Source: an uncultured Porphyromonadaceae bacterium (lineage in GTDB: Bacteria > Bacteroidota > Bacteroidia > Bacteroidales > Muribaculaceae). Taken from it: a stretch of DNA of 64,000 bases. Made by a program: the position numbers and the translations under genes. The stretch spans positions 2,111 to 66,110 of the forward strand of contig CAJKRG010000006.1 of NCBI GenBank assembly GCA_905202215.1. Reading direction: 5' to 3'. Within the stretch, counting starts at the first letter, position 1. The number at the start of each line of letters is the position of its first letter. Below are positions 46,421 through 56,277 of the stretch, piece by piece. Under the pieces are notes generated by a model. That model was not told the DNA's origin. It saw only the letters and a list, made by a program, of their open reading frames with translations, and ran no database searches.

Positions 46421-48596
46421 TTACACCGAACGATACCGAAGGTTCGGGTCCCATTTCAAATTCGAGTATTCCTCCGGCGGCAATATCGCGATAATCGATA
46501 TATGATTTTTCGTAAGGCTTGCCGTTGAGGCGGGCGTGCTGAATGTAGATGTTTTTATCGGAATTGTGGTGTGCCATTATTTCGAAAGTACGGCCATTGC
46601 CGACATCGATAGATGCCGAATCGAACAGAGGAGTTCCGAACACGAATTTTCCGCCAGCCGGTTCAACCTGATAAATGCCCATAGATGAGAGAACGAACCA
46701 TGCGGACATCTGGCCGACATCTTCATTGCCGCATAGACCGGCCATGTCGTCGTTATAGAGTCTGTCCATGACGTGGCGCAGAAGCGGAGCCGCTTTTGCC
46801 GGTTGTCCCGCATAGTTGTAGAGGTATATGGTATGATGTCCCGGCTCGTTGCCGTGTGCATACTGGCCTATGAGGCCGCTTATGTCGGGCGACGCATTAC
46901 CTTCGAGAGCACTGTCGACCGTGAAGAGCGAGTCGAGTTTTGATACGAAAGCCTTGTCTGAGCCGAAAAGACCGATGAGTCCGTGGGGATCGTGCGGCAC
47001 AAGCCATACATATTGCCATCCGTTACCTTCGCAATAGTCGTCGGCACGGTGTGTTGTGGCGAAGGGATTGAATGATTCGTCGCGGAATTGTCCTGCCATG
47101 GATTTACCACGCATGAATTGCAGGGTGGAATCGAAATAGCATTTATAAGATTTGCCCCGGCTTCCGAAATATGCCGTATCGTCGTCGAGTCCGAGGGTGG
47201 CTGCGATCTTTGAGACAGCATTGTCTGCAATCGCGTATTCGAGCCCTTTGGCGACGCTTTCGCCGCAGTCGGGAGCATCGAAAGGCACATATCCGTAGCC
47301 CTTAAGGGCACTAAGAGAACGCTCGTCGAGCATGCAGGAAGTTTTCATGGCCTTGAATGCGCCCAAAGAATCTTCGACAAAGCCTTTCAGGAACAAGTCG
47401 GCGAGCACAATTACTCCGGGGTTGCCGATCATGCAGTCGGTTTCGTTGCCGTGGAGATGCCATACGGGGAGTTTGCCCTGCTGGCGATGGATGTTGAGGA
47501 ATGTGGCCGCATAGTCGGACTGTATGTCGGGGTGGATTATGGTCGATAGCGGGTGGGCGGCGCGGTATGTGTCCCAAAGAGAAAAAATAGTGTAATTGGT
47601 GAATTTTCCCTCGGTGTTATGGATATTGCCGTCGGCTCCGCGATAGTCTCCGTTTACATCGGAGAATGTGGCGGGAGCGAACATGGTGTGATATAGCGCC
47701 GTGTAGAATTTACGTAAGTCGCTCTCGTTATTGCCGCTGATTTTTATTTTTCCGAGACGAGCGTTCCACTCTTCGTCGGCTTTGGCGGCAATGGCGTCGA
47801 AAGTTCCTTTTTCCGCTTTGAGATTATGCAGTGAGTTGTCGGTGCTGACTGCCGAAATACCGGTCTGTGCGGTGAGGATATTGTTTGCAGGACTGAAAGA
47901 TAGAGTGGCAACGGTGCCTGCCGAGGTAGAATCGACCTCAAAAGAGGTTATCGGACTTGAAAATACTGTGGTGAAATATAAGTGCTGGTCTTTGGCCCAG
48001 CCGGTGGAGCGTCGGTAGCCCGAAACCGTGGTGTCGTTGACGAGGCTTATACCGGATTCCACATGATTGTCCCAGCCAATGCCGTATCCGAGATCGATTT
48101 TAATAAATGCGCTGTCGGTTCCGGCCGGATAGGTGTATCGGTGCGCGCCTGTACGGTTTGTTGCGGTGAGTTCAGCCTTGATATTCGAATCGTCGAGAGT
48201 TACCTTGTAATATCCGGGACGGCACAACTCTTTGTCATGGGAAAAATGAGACATACTGTCGGTTCTGGAAGTGACAGGCAGAAATAGAATGTCTCCGAGG
48301 TCTCCTATTCCGGTGCCGCTGAGATGTGTATGGCTAAAGCCAAGAAGAATCGAGTCGGAATAGTGGTATCCAGAGCACCAGTCCCAGCCCTTCACAATCT
48401 GTGACGGCCCGAGCTGTACCATACCGAACGGCACGTTTGCGCCAAGGAACACATGCCCGTGGTCGCCAGTGCCTATAAACGGATTTACATATTCGGTCAG
48501 ATTTTTTTCGGATACGTCGGTTTTTGCGCCACCGCACGATATTGACAGCAGAACAAGAATAATTCCGGCGATGGAAATGGCGTGCCTGTTTTTCAT
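46401..48596 (-). CDS. GH92-family alpha-mannosidase with lipoprotein signal
   Basis: GH92 N-terminal signature YVNPFIGTGDHGHVFLGANVPFGMVQLGPS. Length ~730 aa. The likely start is MKNRHAISIAG with a Cys lipobox. A -7 box TACATTTG lies on the minus strand at 48627-48634. Confidence 0.8.
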   Translation of the reverse strand: MKNRHAISIAGIILVLLSISCGGAKTDVSEKNLTEYVNPFIGTGDHGHVFLGANVPFGMVQLGPSQIVKGWDWCSGYHYSDSILLGFSHTHLSGTGIGDLGDILFLPVTSRTDSMSHFSHDKELCRPGYYKVTLDDSNIKAELTATNRTGAHRYTYPAGTDSAFIKIDLGYGIGWDNHVESGISLVNDTTVSGYRRSTGWAKDQHLYFTTVFSSPITSFEVDSTSAGTVATLSFSPANNILTAQTGISAVSTDNSLHNLKAEKGTFDAIAAKADEEWNARLGKIKISGNNESDLRKFYTALYHTMFAPATFSDVNGDYRGADGNIHNTEGKFTNYTIFSLWDTYRAAHPLSTIIHPDIQSDYAATFLNIHRQQGKLPVWHLHGNETDCMIGNPGVIVLADLFLKGFVEDSLGAFKAMKTSCMLDERSLSALKGYGYVPFDAPDCGESVAKGLEYAIADNAVSKIAATLGLDDDTAYFGSRGKSYKCYFDSTLQFMRGKSMAGQFRDESFNPFATTHRADDYCEGNGWQYVWLVPHDPHGLIGLFGSDKAFVSKLDSLFTVDSALEGNASPDISGLIGQYAHGNEPGHHTIYLYNYAGQPAKAAPLLRHVMDRLYNDDMAGLCGNEDVGQMSAWFVLSSMGIYQVEPAGGKFVFGTPLFDSASIDVGNGRTFEIMAHHNSDKNIYIQHARLNGKPYEKSYIDYRDIAAGGILEFEMGPEPSVSFGVNEDDRP

Positions 48597-48716
48597 GTTG
48601 TGAGTTGTGATTGGATGTTTGCAGTGCAAATGTAATTAAGATTTTGCTAATTTAATCGGCATTGCAGACATGGCGACACATATGGCAACATGAAGGACAG
48701 AAGAGTCTGTACTCGA

Positions 48717-49091
48717 TTAAATTCTGAATCTTTCAGGATATGAGCTGAGCAGTGTGTTGAGCACGATAACCGCATTATTCCGCTGGTGATCGTGTGACGA
48801 GTAGAGAAGGGTGGCTTTAGTGTGAGAGGCCAGTGTCTGTACGAGATCTGCGAAAGCGGCGCTTGTCCGAAGCTCTGTTCCGTAGCGTTTTTCGAATTCG
48901 GTCCAGCGGTTTTCGGGATCTGCATGAAACCATTCCCTCAGTTCGGTTGACGGCGCAATATCCTTATCCCATAAATCATAGTGGAAGGTCTCGTGGGATA
49001 ATCCGCGTGGCCATAATCTGTCGATATATACGCGGAAACCGTCGGAATTGTCGGCGGGATCATATGCGCGTTTCAATTGCAGTGTAGTCAT
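48717..49091 (-). CDS. DUF488 (YeaO-like) family protein
   Basis: 124 aa. VYIDRLWPRGL and the overall size match the DUF488 family. Confidence 0.6.
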   Translation of the reverse strand: MTTLQLKRAYDPADNSDGFRVYIDRLWPRGLSHETFHYDLWDKDIAPSTELREWFHADPENRWTEFEKRYGTELRTSAAFADLVQTLASHTKATLLYSSHDHQRNNAVIVLNTLLSSYPERFRI

Positions 49092-49176
49092 AATCAGTTA
49101 TTTTTGATTAAAGAACGTTTCGGTTAAAATGATTGTTCGTATGAATATTAGGGAATTTTTGTATCTTTGCACACCG

Positions 49177-49743
49177 ATGGAAGAAAAAAAAGAACATATC
49201 GACGATCTGACAGCAAGGCTTCGCGACCCTGCTACCGTGCGTGCTGCTTTCAGCGACATGGTTGCGGAATTCAGCCGCCCGCTTTACTGGCAGATACGAC
49301 GTATGGTTCTCAATGCCGATGACGCCGACGATCTGTTGCAGAATACTTTCATGAAGGCGTGGAACTCGCTCGAGAATTTCCGCGGGGAAGCCAAACTGTC
49401 GACATGGCTTCATAAGATCGCCATAAATGAGGCGATAAGTTTCCTTGAAAAAGAAAAACGTCGTGCCGGAGTCTCACTTGATGACCCTGACGGTGCAATG
49501 GCGGCCGGTATAGCGGCCTCACCGGATCTCGACGGAGATTCTCTTGGCGCGCATCTACGTCAAGCCGTGGCCGCTCTTCCTGAGAAACAGAGAATTGTTT
49601 TCAATATGAAGTATTTCGATGATATGAAATACGAGGATATATCCGAAATTCTCGGCACTACAGTGGGCGCGTTGAAGGCATCGTATCATCTTGCAGTTAA
49701 AAAAATCGAAAAGTATATGGAGCGTTTCGACCATGGCGATTAA
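49177..49743 (+). CDS. RNA polymerase ECF sigma factor (RpoE-like)
   Basis: Sigma-70 region 2 (LLQNTFMKAWNSLENFRGEAKLSTWLHKIAINEA) and a region 4 HTH (MKYEDISEILGTTVGALKASYHLAVKKI). Start chosen at MEEKKEHI. Confidence 0.75.
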   Translation: MEEKKEHIDDLTARLRDPATVRAAFSDMVAEFSRPLYWQIRRMVLNADDADDLLQNTFMKAWNSLENFRGEAKLSTWLHKIAINEAISFLEKEKRRAGVSLDDPDGAMAAGIAASPDLDGDSLGAHLRQAVAALPEKQRIVFNMKYFDDMKYEDISEILGTTVGALKASYHLAVKKIEKYMERFDHGD

Positions 49744-49791
49744 ACCTTGAAGTCGAAAGATAGTCTCATCTATATAAATAAATATCAGAAT

Positions 49792-50265
49792 ATGGACCGG
49801 AATAAATCTCATATACTCGAAATAGCCCGAAAGCAGGGTCTTGCCACTCCTTCGGCCGGTCTTGATGTGCCCGAAGGTTATTTCGATTCTTTTACAGCGC
49901 GCATGACGGCTGCGTTGCCGGAGCGGCCCGAACTGGAACACCCCGACGACATTGAAGCCGAGACCGCTCCGCGTACGTTCTGGCAGACGGTGCGTCCATA
50001 TGTATATATGGCTGCCATGTTTGCCGGAGTATGGCTCATGTTGCAGCTTTTCACCATGCTTACCGGTACGGGACGCCTTCAGCCGATGGATTCGAATCCT
50101 GTGCTTGCCGAAGCTCTTGACAACGACGCCTTTCTGGAACAGTTTGTCTATGATGATTTTGATTCGTGGGATATTGTCGACGAGATGGTCGAGGACGGTA
50201 GCCTTGATGCCGATTTCGAATTTGTCAGCGAAGATATCCCTGAAAATATTGTGCTCCCTCAATAA
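49792..50265 (+). CDS. membrane anti-sigma-factor-like protein
   Basis: It is immediately downstream of the ECF sigma gene. It has one TM helix (VYMAAMFAGVWLMLQLFTML) and an acidic C-terminal tail. Start chosen at MDRNKSHI. Confidence 0.5.
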   Translation: MDRNKSHILEIARKQGLATPSAGLDVPEGYFDSFTARMTAALPERPELEHPDDIEAETAPRTFWQTVRPYVYMAAMFAGVWLMLQLFTMLTGTGRLQPMDSNPVLAEALDNDAFLEQFVYDDFDSWDIVDEMVEDGSLDADFEFVSEDIPENIVLPQ

Positions 50266-50275
50266 CTAACAGAAT

Positions 50276-50767
50276 ATGCTCAATCGTTCTATTTCAATAA
50301 TGTGTGCGGTTTTTGCCGTTTTTATGTTTTCGTTCAGAATTGCAGCGCAGCAGCTTAACGAAGAAGACCGCAACCGCTATGTCACTCAGATAAGGGCCTA
50401 CAAGCATGATTATATTGTCAAAGAGCTCGATCTTACCAAAGAGCAGCAGAATGCTTTTTTCGAGCTTTATGACAATATGGAAGACAAGATAATGGATCTT
50501 GGCACCGAAGTCCGCAATCTTGAGAATAGCGCTCTTTCCGACAATGCTTCTTCCGAGGAGGTCTCGGCTGCCGTAGCCGCTTTATACAGCCAGAAACAGC
50601 AGGAAGGAGAGATTGAAATGGAATATTACGAGAAATATAAGAATATTCTGTCTCCTCGTCAGCTTGTGCTGCTGAAACAGGCTGAACGGAAGTTCAATCA
50701 GCAGCTTATGCGTCAACATCGCCGTATACGGGGTGAGAAAATGAACGCACGCGACAATAAACGCTGA
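50276..50767 (+). CDS. periplasmic LTXXQ-like (Spy/CpxP-like) helical protein
   Basis: Signal peptide, a predicted all-helical fold, LTKEQQNAF (an LTXXQ-like motif) and a second SPRQLVLLKQ motif. This gene order after a sigma/anti-sigma pair is typical of envelope-stress regulons. Confidence 0.5.
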   Translation: MLNRSISIMCAVFAVFMFSFRIAAQQLNEEDRNRYVTQIRAYKHDYIVKELDLTKEQQNAFFELYDNMEDKIMDLGTEVRNLENSALSDNASSEEVSAAVAALYSQKQQEGEIEMEYYEKYKNILSPRQLVLLKQAERKFNQQLMRQHRRIRGEKMNARDNKR

Positions 50768-50772
50768 CCGCC

Positions 50773-51552
50773 ATGGCTGTGCGAACCCCCTCCGAAACAA
50801 TAGATGCCGCAGAATCCGCCGGCATTGCTAAAAATAGCCGACCTTTAGGGCGCCTTCTCGCCGGTAGCGCGCTTGCTGGTGCCTATATCGCCTTGGGCGG
50901 TACATTGTCACTGATCATAGGATTTGGCTTTCCGGAACTTACGGCAGCCAATCCAGGACTTCAGCGTCTCCTGAGCGGACTGGTGTTTCCGATAGGTCTG
51001 ATGCTTGTAGTGATACTCGGCGCTGATCTTTTTACCGGAAACAACGCACTTCTTGTTCCTCCTTTCATGCGTGGACGCGTATCTGCAGCTGACATAATAC
51101 GAAACTGGACTATTGTCTGGTTCGGAAATTTCGCGGGTGCTCTTGCATTCGCGTATTTTCTTGTCTATATACCTGGTCTCTCATCGGCTCCATGCTATTC
51201 CGATGCACTTGCAGGTATGGTAGCCGCAAAGACCAATGCCTCTTTCTGGGTCATTTTTCTAAAAGGAATCGGAGCAAACTGGTGCGTTTGTCTTGCGGTG
51301 TGGCTGGCCTTGAGCGGGCGCCGTCTTGGCGAGAAGCTTATTGCCTGTGAAATCCCGGTGATGGCGTTTGTCGCCCTGGGATATGAGCATTGTGTGGCAA
51401 ATATGTTTTTTCTTCCTCTCGCCATGATGCAAGGGGCTGATCTTGACGTAATATCACTTTTTACGGCTAATCTGATACCGGCTACGTTAGGCAATATCGT
51501 AGGAGGCGCGCTTTTTGTCGGGGCGCTCCAATATTATCTACATCGCCGCTAA
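50773..51552 (+). CDS. formate/nitrite transporter (FNT) family channel
   Basis: Six TM segments, 259 aa, with FNT signature regions (LVVILGADLFTGN, the CEIPVMAFVALGYEHCVANMFFLP His-containing loop). It starts 6 nt after the upstream gene. Confidence 0.75.
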   Translation: MAVRTPSETIDAAESAGIAKNSRPLGRLLAGSALAGAYIALGGTLSLIIGFGFPELTAANPGLQRLLSGLVFPIGLMLVVILGADLFTGNNALLVPPFMRGRVSAADIIRNWTIVWFGNFAGALAFAYFLVYIPGLSSAPCYSDALAGMVAAKTNASFWVIFLKGIGANWCVCLAVWLALSGRRLGEKLIACEIPVMAFVALGYEHCVANMFFLPLAMMQGADLDVISLFTANLIPATLGNIVGGALFVGALQYYLHRR

Positions 51553-51631
51553 TGTGTTAACGGTTGTTAAATATCGATTTCCCCATGCAGTAATCGGCAT
51601 TTTGACACTCTTTTCTATGTAGGTTCATCAC

Positions 51632-53179
51632 ATGGATAATGCAAGCCTCATAGAGCAGTGTTCGGCCGGCAGCAAGGAAGCGATGGAGTCGCTTTATTGC
51701 TGCTACAGCAGGCGTATGATGCGTGTTATCCATCGTTATGTGACGGACAGTAAGTGTGCCGAAGATATTTTACATGATGGTTTTGTGCTTATTTTCACCC
51801 ATATCTCAGAGGTGAGACAGCCCGAACGTCTTGAATTCTGGATGGGTACCATCATGAAGAATCTGTGCCTCAACTATCTCAGCACGCTTGATGTCATGAC
51901 CATGCTTGATGATGATATCGAGTTGCCTGAGATACCTGATCTTGAGGACATCCTGAGTTACGAAGAGCTTGAACAACTGATCAATCGACTTCCCGACGGA
52001 TATCGTACGGTATTCAAACTTGCTGTTTTTGAAGGAAAATCGCATAAGGAGATCGGACGTATTCTCGGTATTTCGCCAAATTCCTCGTCATCTCAGCTAT
52101 TCCATGCCAAAGCGTTGCTTCGTAAGCTTATAACCGAACGGAGGCGTCAGGCCGAACTTATAGCTCTGGCCCTTCTTGTTGCAATCGGTGGTTTTACAGT
52201 TCTATATCGGAGTGATATCCCCGACAAGAATATGGAGATTGTGCAGACGGAAGTGCCGGAGATTGAAGAACGATTTAGTGAAATTCTGGCAGAAGCAGCT
52301 ATGCCGGAATGCAGAGAGACTGTGCAGATCCGAAAAAAATATGAAGTCAGCGAAAACAGGACGGCAGAGACTATGGAGATTGTTGCCGACCTCGACAGTG
52401 TGTCTGTAGAGGATACTCTCGTCGCTGAGGCTGATTCGGATTCTGTTGTGCCGCAAGTCGAGACTGGGCCTGTAAGGCAGACAATGTTTGATATTCCCCG
52501 AAAGGCTGTGGCAAATGCCCTGTGGACTATAGGCGCGCACTATACTGTTGGAGCCCAGACCCCGACAGTAGTTGGCGCGGATTATGTGGATAGAGCCCCG
52601 ATATTCAGCACAATGGATGGAACTGCAGGCAATTTTGTACCTTCGGATAAGATGCCGCTTCCGGAACCTTCGCTCTATCATGAGACAGACTATGATCTGC
52701 CGCTGACTTTCGGAGTCTCTGTGTCGAAAAAAATTACATCAAGACTGAGTTTGGAAACAGGACTCAACTATACCTATATGCATGCGACACTGAGATATAC
52801 CTCTCTGAATATGAGTCAGTCTGTGAAATCTAATTTCATCGGCATACCTCTGAAGGTTTCCTATACCTTTTACAGTAAAAAGGGACTGTCGTTTTATGGA
52901 ACCGGAGGCGCTTCCGTCGATTTCCCGATAGGGATGCATACTCGGACGACCGGAACGTCGGCCTATCCGGTGGCTGTGTCACTTCCTGAACTCAAATCGC
53001 GTACAGAGTTTTCGGCGCATGGTGGAATCGGGCTGCACTATTCCCTTACGCCAGTAATAGGTGTCTATATCGAACCGTCTGTAAGACACTATTTCAGGAA
53101 CGGCGCGAGCGCTCCGTCCTATTGGCAGGAACATCGCACGCTTATATCCGTGCCGATCGGAATAAAAATAAATTTGTAG
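51632..53179 (+). CDS. ECF sigma factor fused through a TM helix to a C-terminal OMP-like beta-barrel/beta-rich domain
   Basis: Residues ~1-175 carry sigma-70 region 2 and a region 4 HTH (YRTVFKLAVFEGKSHKEIGRILGISPNSSSSQLFHAKALLRK). One TM helix follows (AELIALALLVAIGGFTVLY), then an acidic linker. The last ~220 aa have alternating beta-strand patterning ending ...TLISVPIGIKINL, like OmpA-type barrels. It is a single uninterrupted 515-aa ORF. Confidence 0.55.
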   Translation: MDNASLIEQCSAGSKEAMESLYCCYSRRMMRVIHRYVTDSKCAEDILHDGFVLIFTHISEVRQPERLEFWMGTIMKNLCLNYLSTLDVMTMLDDDIELPEIPDLEDILSYEELEQLINRLPDGYRTVFKLAVFEGKSHKEIGRILGISPNSSSSQLFHAKALLRKLITERRRQAELIALALLVAIGGFTVLYRSDIPDKNMEIVQTEVPEIEERFSEILAEAAMPECRETVQIRKKYEVSENRTAETMEIVADLDSVSVEDTLVAEADSDSVVPQVETGPVRQTMFDIPRKAVANALWTIGAHYTVGAQTPTVVGADYVDRAPIFSTMDGTAGNFVPSDKMPLPEPSLYHETDYDLPLTFGVSVSKKITSRLSLETGLNYTYMHATLRYTSLNMSQSVKSNFIGIPLKVSYTFYSKKGLSFYGTGGASVDFPIGMHTRTTGTSAYPVAVSLPELKSRTEFSAHGGIGLHYSLTPVIGVYIEPSVRHYFRNGASAPSYWQEHRTLISVPIGIKINL

Positions 53180-53230
53180 ACTGCATGCAGTATTTGTCTT
53201 TTTTGCTATCTTTACTATAGAAATCAATAT

Positions 53231-53917
53231 TTGAACAATATGAAACTTACCCGTTATCTCATTATTGCAGCGGCAGCTCTCTCGCTGGGCGCTTGCAACA
53301 ACAGCGGCGATAATGCCGTGGCGTATTTCACCGACATTGTGACACTCGATTCGAGTACCGACCAGGGATCGGTGATGACATTCCGTGAACTGAACGACTC
53401 TCCTGTCATTACTCTGACGAGTACTACGGCTTTGCCGAAAGATAATGTCGGAAAACGTATTGTTATTCTGTACAGCCCCGTCGGAACAACCGAACATGGC
53501 GTGAGCGGCAATGTTAATCTTGTCAACGCCGGTCTTACCTATGGTGCCGGTGCGCCTCCGCTGGATGCCGTGGTCGACACTCTCGACAACTGGAAAAGCG
53601 ATGAAATAACTTTCATGCAGGCTTACCGTTCAGGAAAATATCTTAATCTCGGCATGATCCTTCCCACCAATGCCTCGCTTGAGAAATTCCGCTGTTATAT
53701 CGACGTGACTACTCTCGACAACGAATATCCGGAGCTTCATGTGGTGTATAAGGCTCAGGTCGGATATGATTCGCAATCTGCCAATTTCTTCGGGTCGTAT
53801 GATATAAGCAGTTTATGGAACCGTCCCGGTGTCAAAGGCCTCAAGGTGCTCTACACCGGATATAACAACGGTTCGGTGACCATAGAGAAAGAAACCGCCG
53901 TCAAACCGGCAGAATAA
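53231..53917 (+). CDS. hypothetical lipoprotein (possibly NigD-like)
   Basis: MKLTRYLIIAAAALSLGACNNSGDN is a lipobox. A ~230-aa beta-rich lipoprotein. The NigD-like call rests on size and organisation only. Confidence 0.45.
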   Translation: MNNMKLTRYLIIAAAALSLGACNNSGDNAVAYFTDIVTLDSSTDQGSVMTFRELNDSPVITLTSTTALPKDNVGKRIVILYSPVGTTEHGVSGNVNLVNAGLTYGAGAPPLDAVVDTLDNWKSDEITFMQAYRSGKYLNLGMILPTNASLEKFRCYIDVTTLDNEYPELHVVYKAQVGYDSQSANFFGSYDISSLWNRPGVKGLKVLYTGYNNGSVTIEKETAVKPAE

Positions 53918-54003
53918 ACACGATTCCATTATATACGTAGAAAATGCACCGGCGCTCCGCATATTGGAGGCCGGTGCATTTTTTTGTTTTTATCTTCTAT
54001 GGA

Positions 54004-55850
54004 TTATTTGCGGGCAATGCGCCAGATGGTTCCCTCGATAAGTGATACGTAGATGTCGCCGGACACAGGATCGATGTCGATGCCGTTGACCTCGCTTACG
54101 CCGAGAGGTAGCGACGCTACGAGTTCGGGGCCGTCGGCGCGGGTTATGGTCACAATTCCGCGGCGGCTGCCTGCGTAGATATACCCGTCTTTTTCGACTA
54201 CGATGCAGGGGGCATGTTCATATCCGAGACCGAGATCAAGAGTCCAGAGTTCCTTGAATCCGGGAGCTGTGGCATCGACTGCCACAAGTTCGCCGTCCAT
54301 GGTCTTGGCATAGATACGTGTGCCGTCCTCGCTGTGGCCCAGACTTTCGCGGTAACGGTGGCTGTTGTCGCGCCACAGCTGGCGCCCGGTCGCCCGGTCG
54401 AGAGCAGTCATATAGCGGTCGGGGGCCACGACAAACACTTTGTCGCCTGTGATTACTGGTACGACGTTGCCCGGACCGAGCATGTTGGCTGTCTTACCGT
54501 TGTTCCACACCCATTTGAGTTTGCCCGTATTGAGGTCGAGAGCGCGAAGATTTGTGTCCCATGCGCCGAACACGAGATCGGAACCGTCGATTGCGGGGGC
54601 TGCCTGACAGTAGTTGAAAATGGAATCATAACTCCATACGAGCTTCCCGTTGTCAGGGCGGCGACGTTCCATGCGTTTGTATGCGCCCTGGATATAGCCT
54701 TTTCCGTCGGGGGTGATAACTCCGTCGGCTACATACGGGCCTTCTTTCGAGGTCTGTTTTTTAACGCTACGGCCGTTGCGGGCATCAAGAATGAGGATGC
54801 CGTCGTGCGATGGGAATGCGACACGGCGGTTTTTCAGTGCCACAGGACGGCTGAAGAGGCTTGCGCCGGTCGGAGTGCTCCATGTGCGGCCGGTACTGCG
54901 GTCGATGGCGCGGGCCTGGCCCAGCGAATTGCCAAAATAGATGTTGTCGCGGTCGAAGCCAAGGCGGGTGAATATGGAGGCGCTGTCGGTCCATACCTTA
55001 TCCACGGCAAAGCCTTCGGGGACGGTGATGTCGCGTTTTTCCGGACGTTTGGCCTTCTTGTGGGTTGTTTTTGCCGGGAAAGCGTATTTGGCTTCTGGTG
55101 CTTCTCCGATATTTTTATTATAAATATGTACCCATGCAGGATCGACTTCGACTATAGTATATCCGTATTTGCCGTCGCGCATGTCTAAGGCACGAGTCAT
55201 CACACAAGGAAGATCGCTGCCGCTGTTGTCTCCGCCGGCTTTGTAGCGGCGCCAGGTATGGTAATGTCCGTTGATATGACCGATGACAGGATATTGTTCG
55301 AGCAGTTCAAGATAGTCGGCACAGTTGTCAAGATCGTCGAGGAGGGGATAGTGATTGAATGACAGCACGCGTTTGCCTGGTGTTGCGAGAGAGTCGAGTG
55401 TCGCTTTGAGCCAGTGCAGATCTTCCTGTTTCACATGGCCGTCGCCCATCTTCATGTATGGACCGCAATTGATACCGATGATGATGAGAGAGTCGAATTC
55501 GGCTACAAATCGGTCGTTACCCCAGAGGTCGACGAATGTTTTTGTTGCACTTTGGCTCCAGGTATCCTCGTGGTTTCCCGGGAGAACGAACAAGGGTGCT
55601 TTGATTCCGTCAAGAATGCTTTTTACATTGTTGAGTTCGATGTCTGATCCTTCGTTGCCGAGGTCGCCGTTCATCACCACGAAATCGTATTTTCCTTTGT
55701 TTATTTCATCGACAGCCAGGCGCAACTGCGATTCATTTGCGTTCCCGGGTGTGACATGGACATCGCTAAGTACAGCCATGCGTTGCCCTGACATGTAAGA
55801 AAAGGCAGAAACAGATATTGCGGCTGCCAGAAAGATTTTGCGTAAATTCA
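54004..55850 (-). CDS. calcineurin-like metallophosphoesterase fused to a PQQ-type beta-propeller repeat domain
   Basis: Signal peptide. N-terminal MPE motifs (GDLGNEGSD, GNHED, GHYH) and a C-terminal half with repeated PQQ/BamB-like blades (…LVWSYD…, …LKWVWNNG…, …QLWRDN…). The ORF-track start is a TTG. A better start is MNLRKIF at 55848-55850. The track coordinates are off by 1 nt here. Confidence 0.6.
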
Positions 55851-55977
55851 TGGGCTTACGTTGTTTTTTGTGTTTTTCGTTGTGCAAAAATAGCCAAAAA
55901 ACAACGACCGGCAAAACTTGTCGGGCAAGAATTACCGGTTTTTCAGAGGTGATGTTTTATGATATCCTTTGTATATT

Positions 55978-56223
55978 TCAGGATTTCCGACTAAGGAGTC
56001 CTACCAGCCATAAAAGGACGATAGCTCCGATGACAGATGTTATCAGGCTGCCTATTATTCCGCCGGCAGAAATACCGATCAGGCTGAATAACCATCCGCC
56101 GAGAACTCCGCCTATTATGCCGACGATGAGATTGACAACAAGTCCGAATCCGCCGCCGCGCATTAGCTTGCCGGCTACGAAACCCGATACCAGACCGATG
56201 AGAATGAACCAGATAAAATTCAT
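55978..56223 (-). CDS. GlsB/YeaQ/YmgE-family small membrane stress protein
   Basis: 81 aa, Gly-rich with three TM helices. FILIGLVSGFVAGKLMRGGGFG matches the transglycosylase-associated-protein family signature. Confidence 0.7.
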   Translation of the reverse strand: MNFIWFILIGLVSGFVAGKLMRGGGFGLVVNLIVGIIGGVLGGWLFSLIGISAGGIIGSLITSVIGAIVLLWLVGLLSRKS

Positions 56224-56277
56224 GATGATATATGTTTTGATGATTTTATCTGAAAACGTCGCCTGTGACGTTATTGT

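Noticed and set aside
54214-55188. 324-aa plus-strand ORF and several 60-80-aa ORFs
   Set aside because: Antisense or shadow ORFs inside the metallophosphoesterase-PQQ gene.
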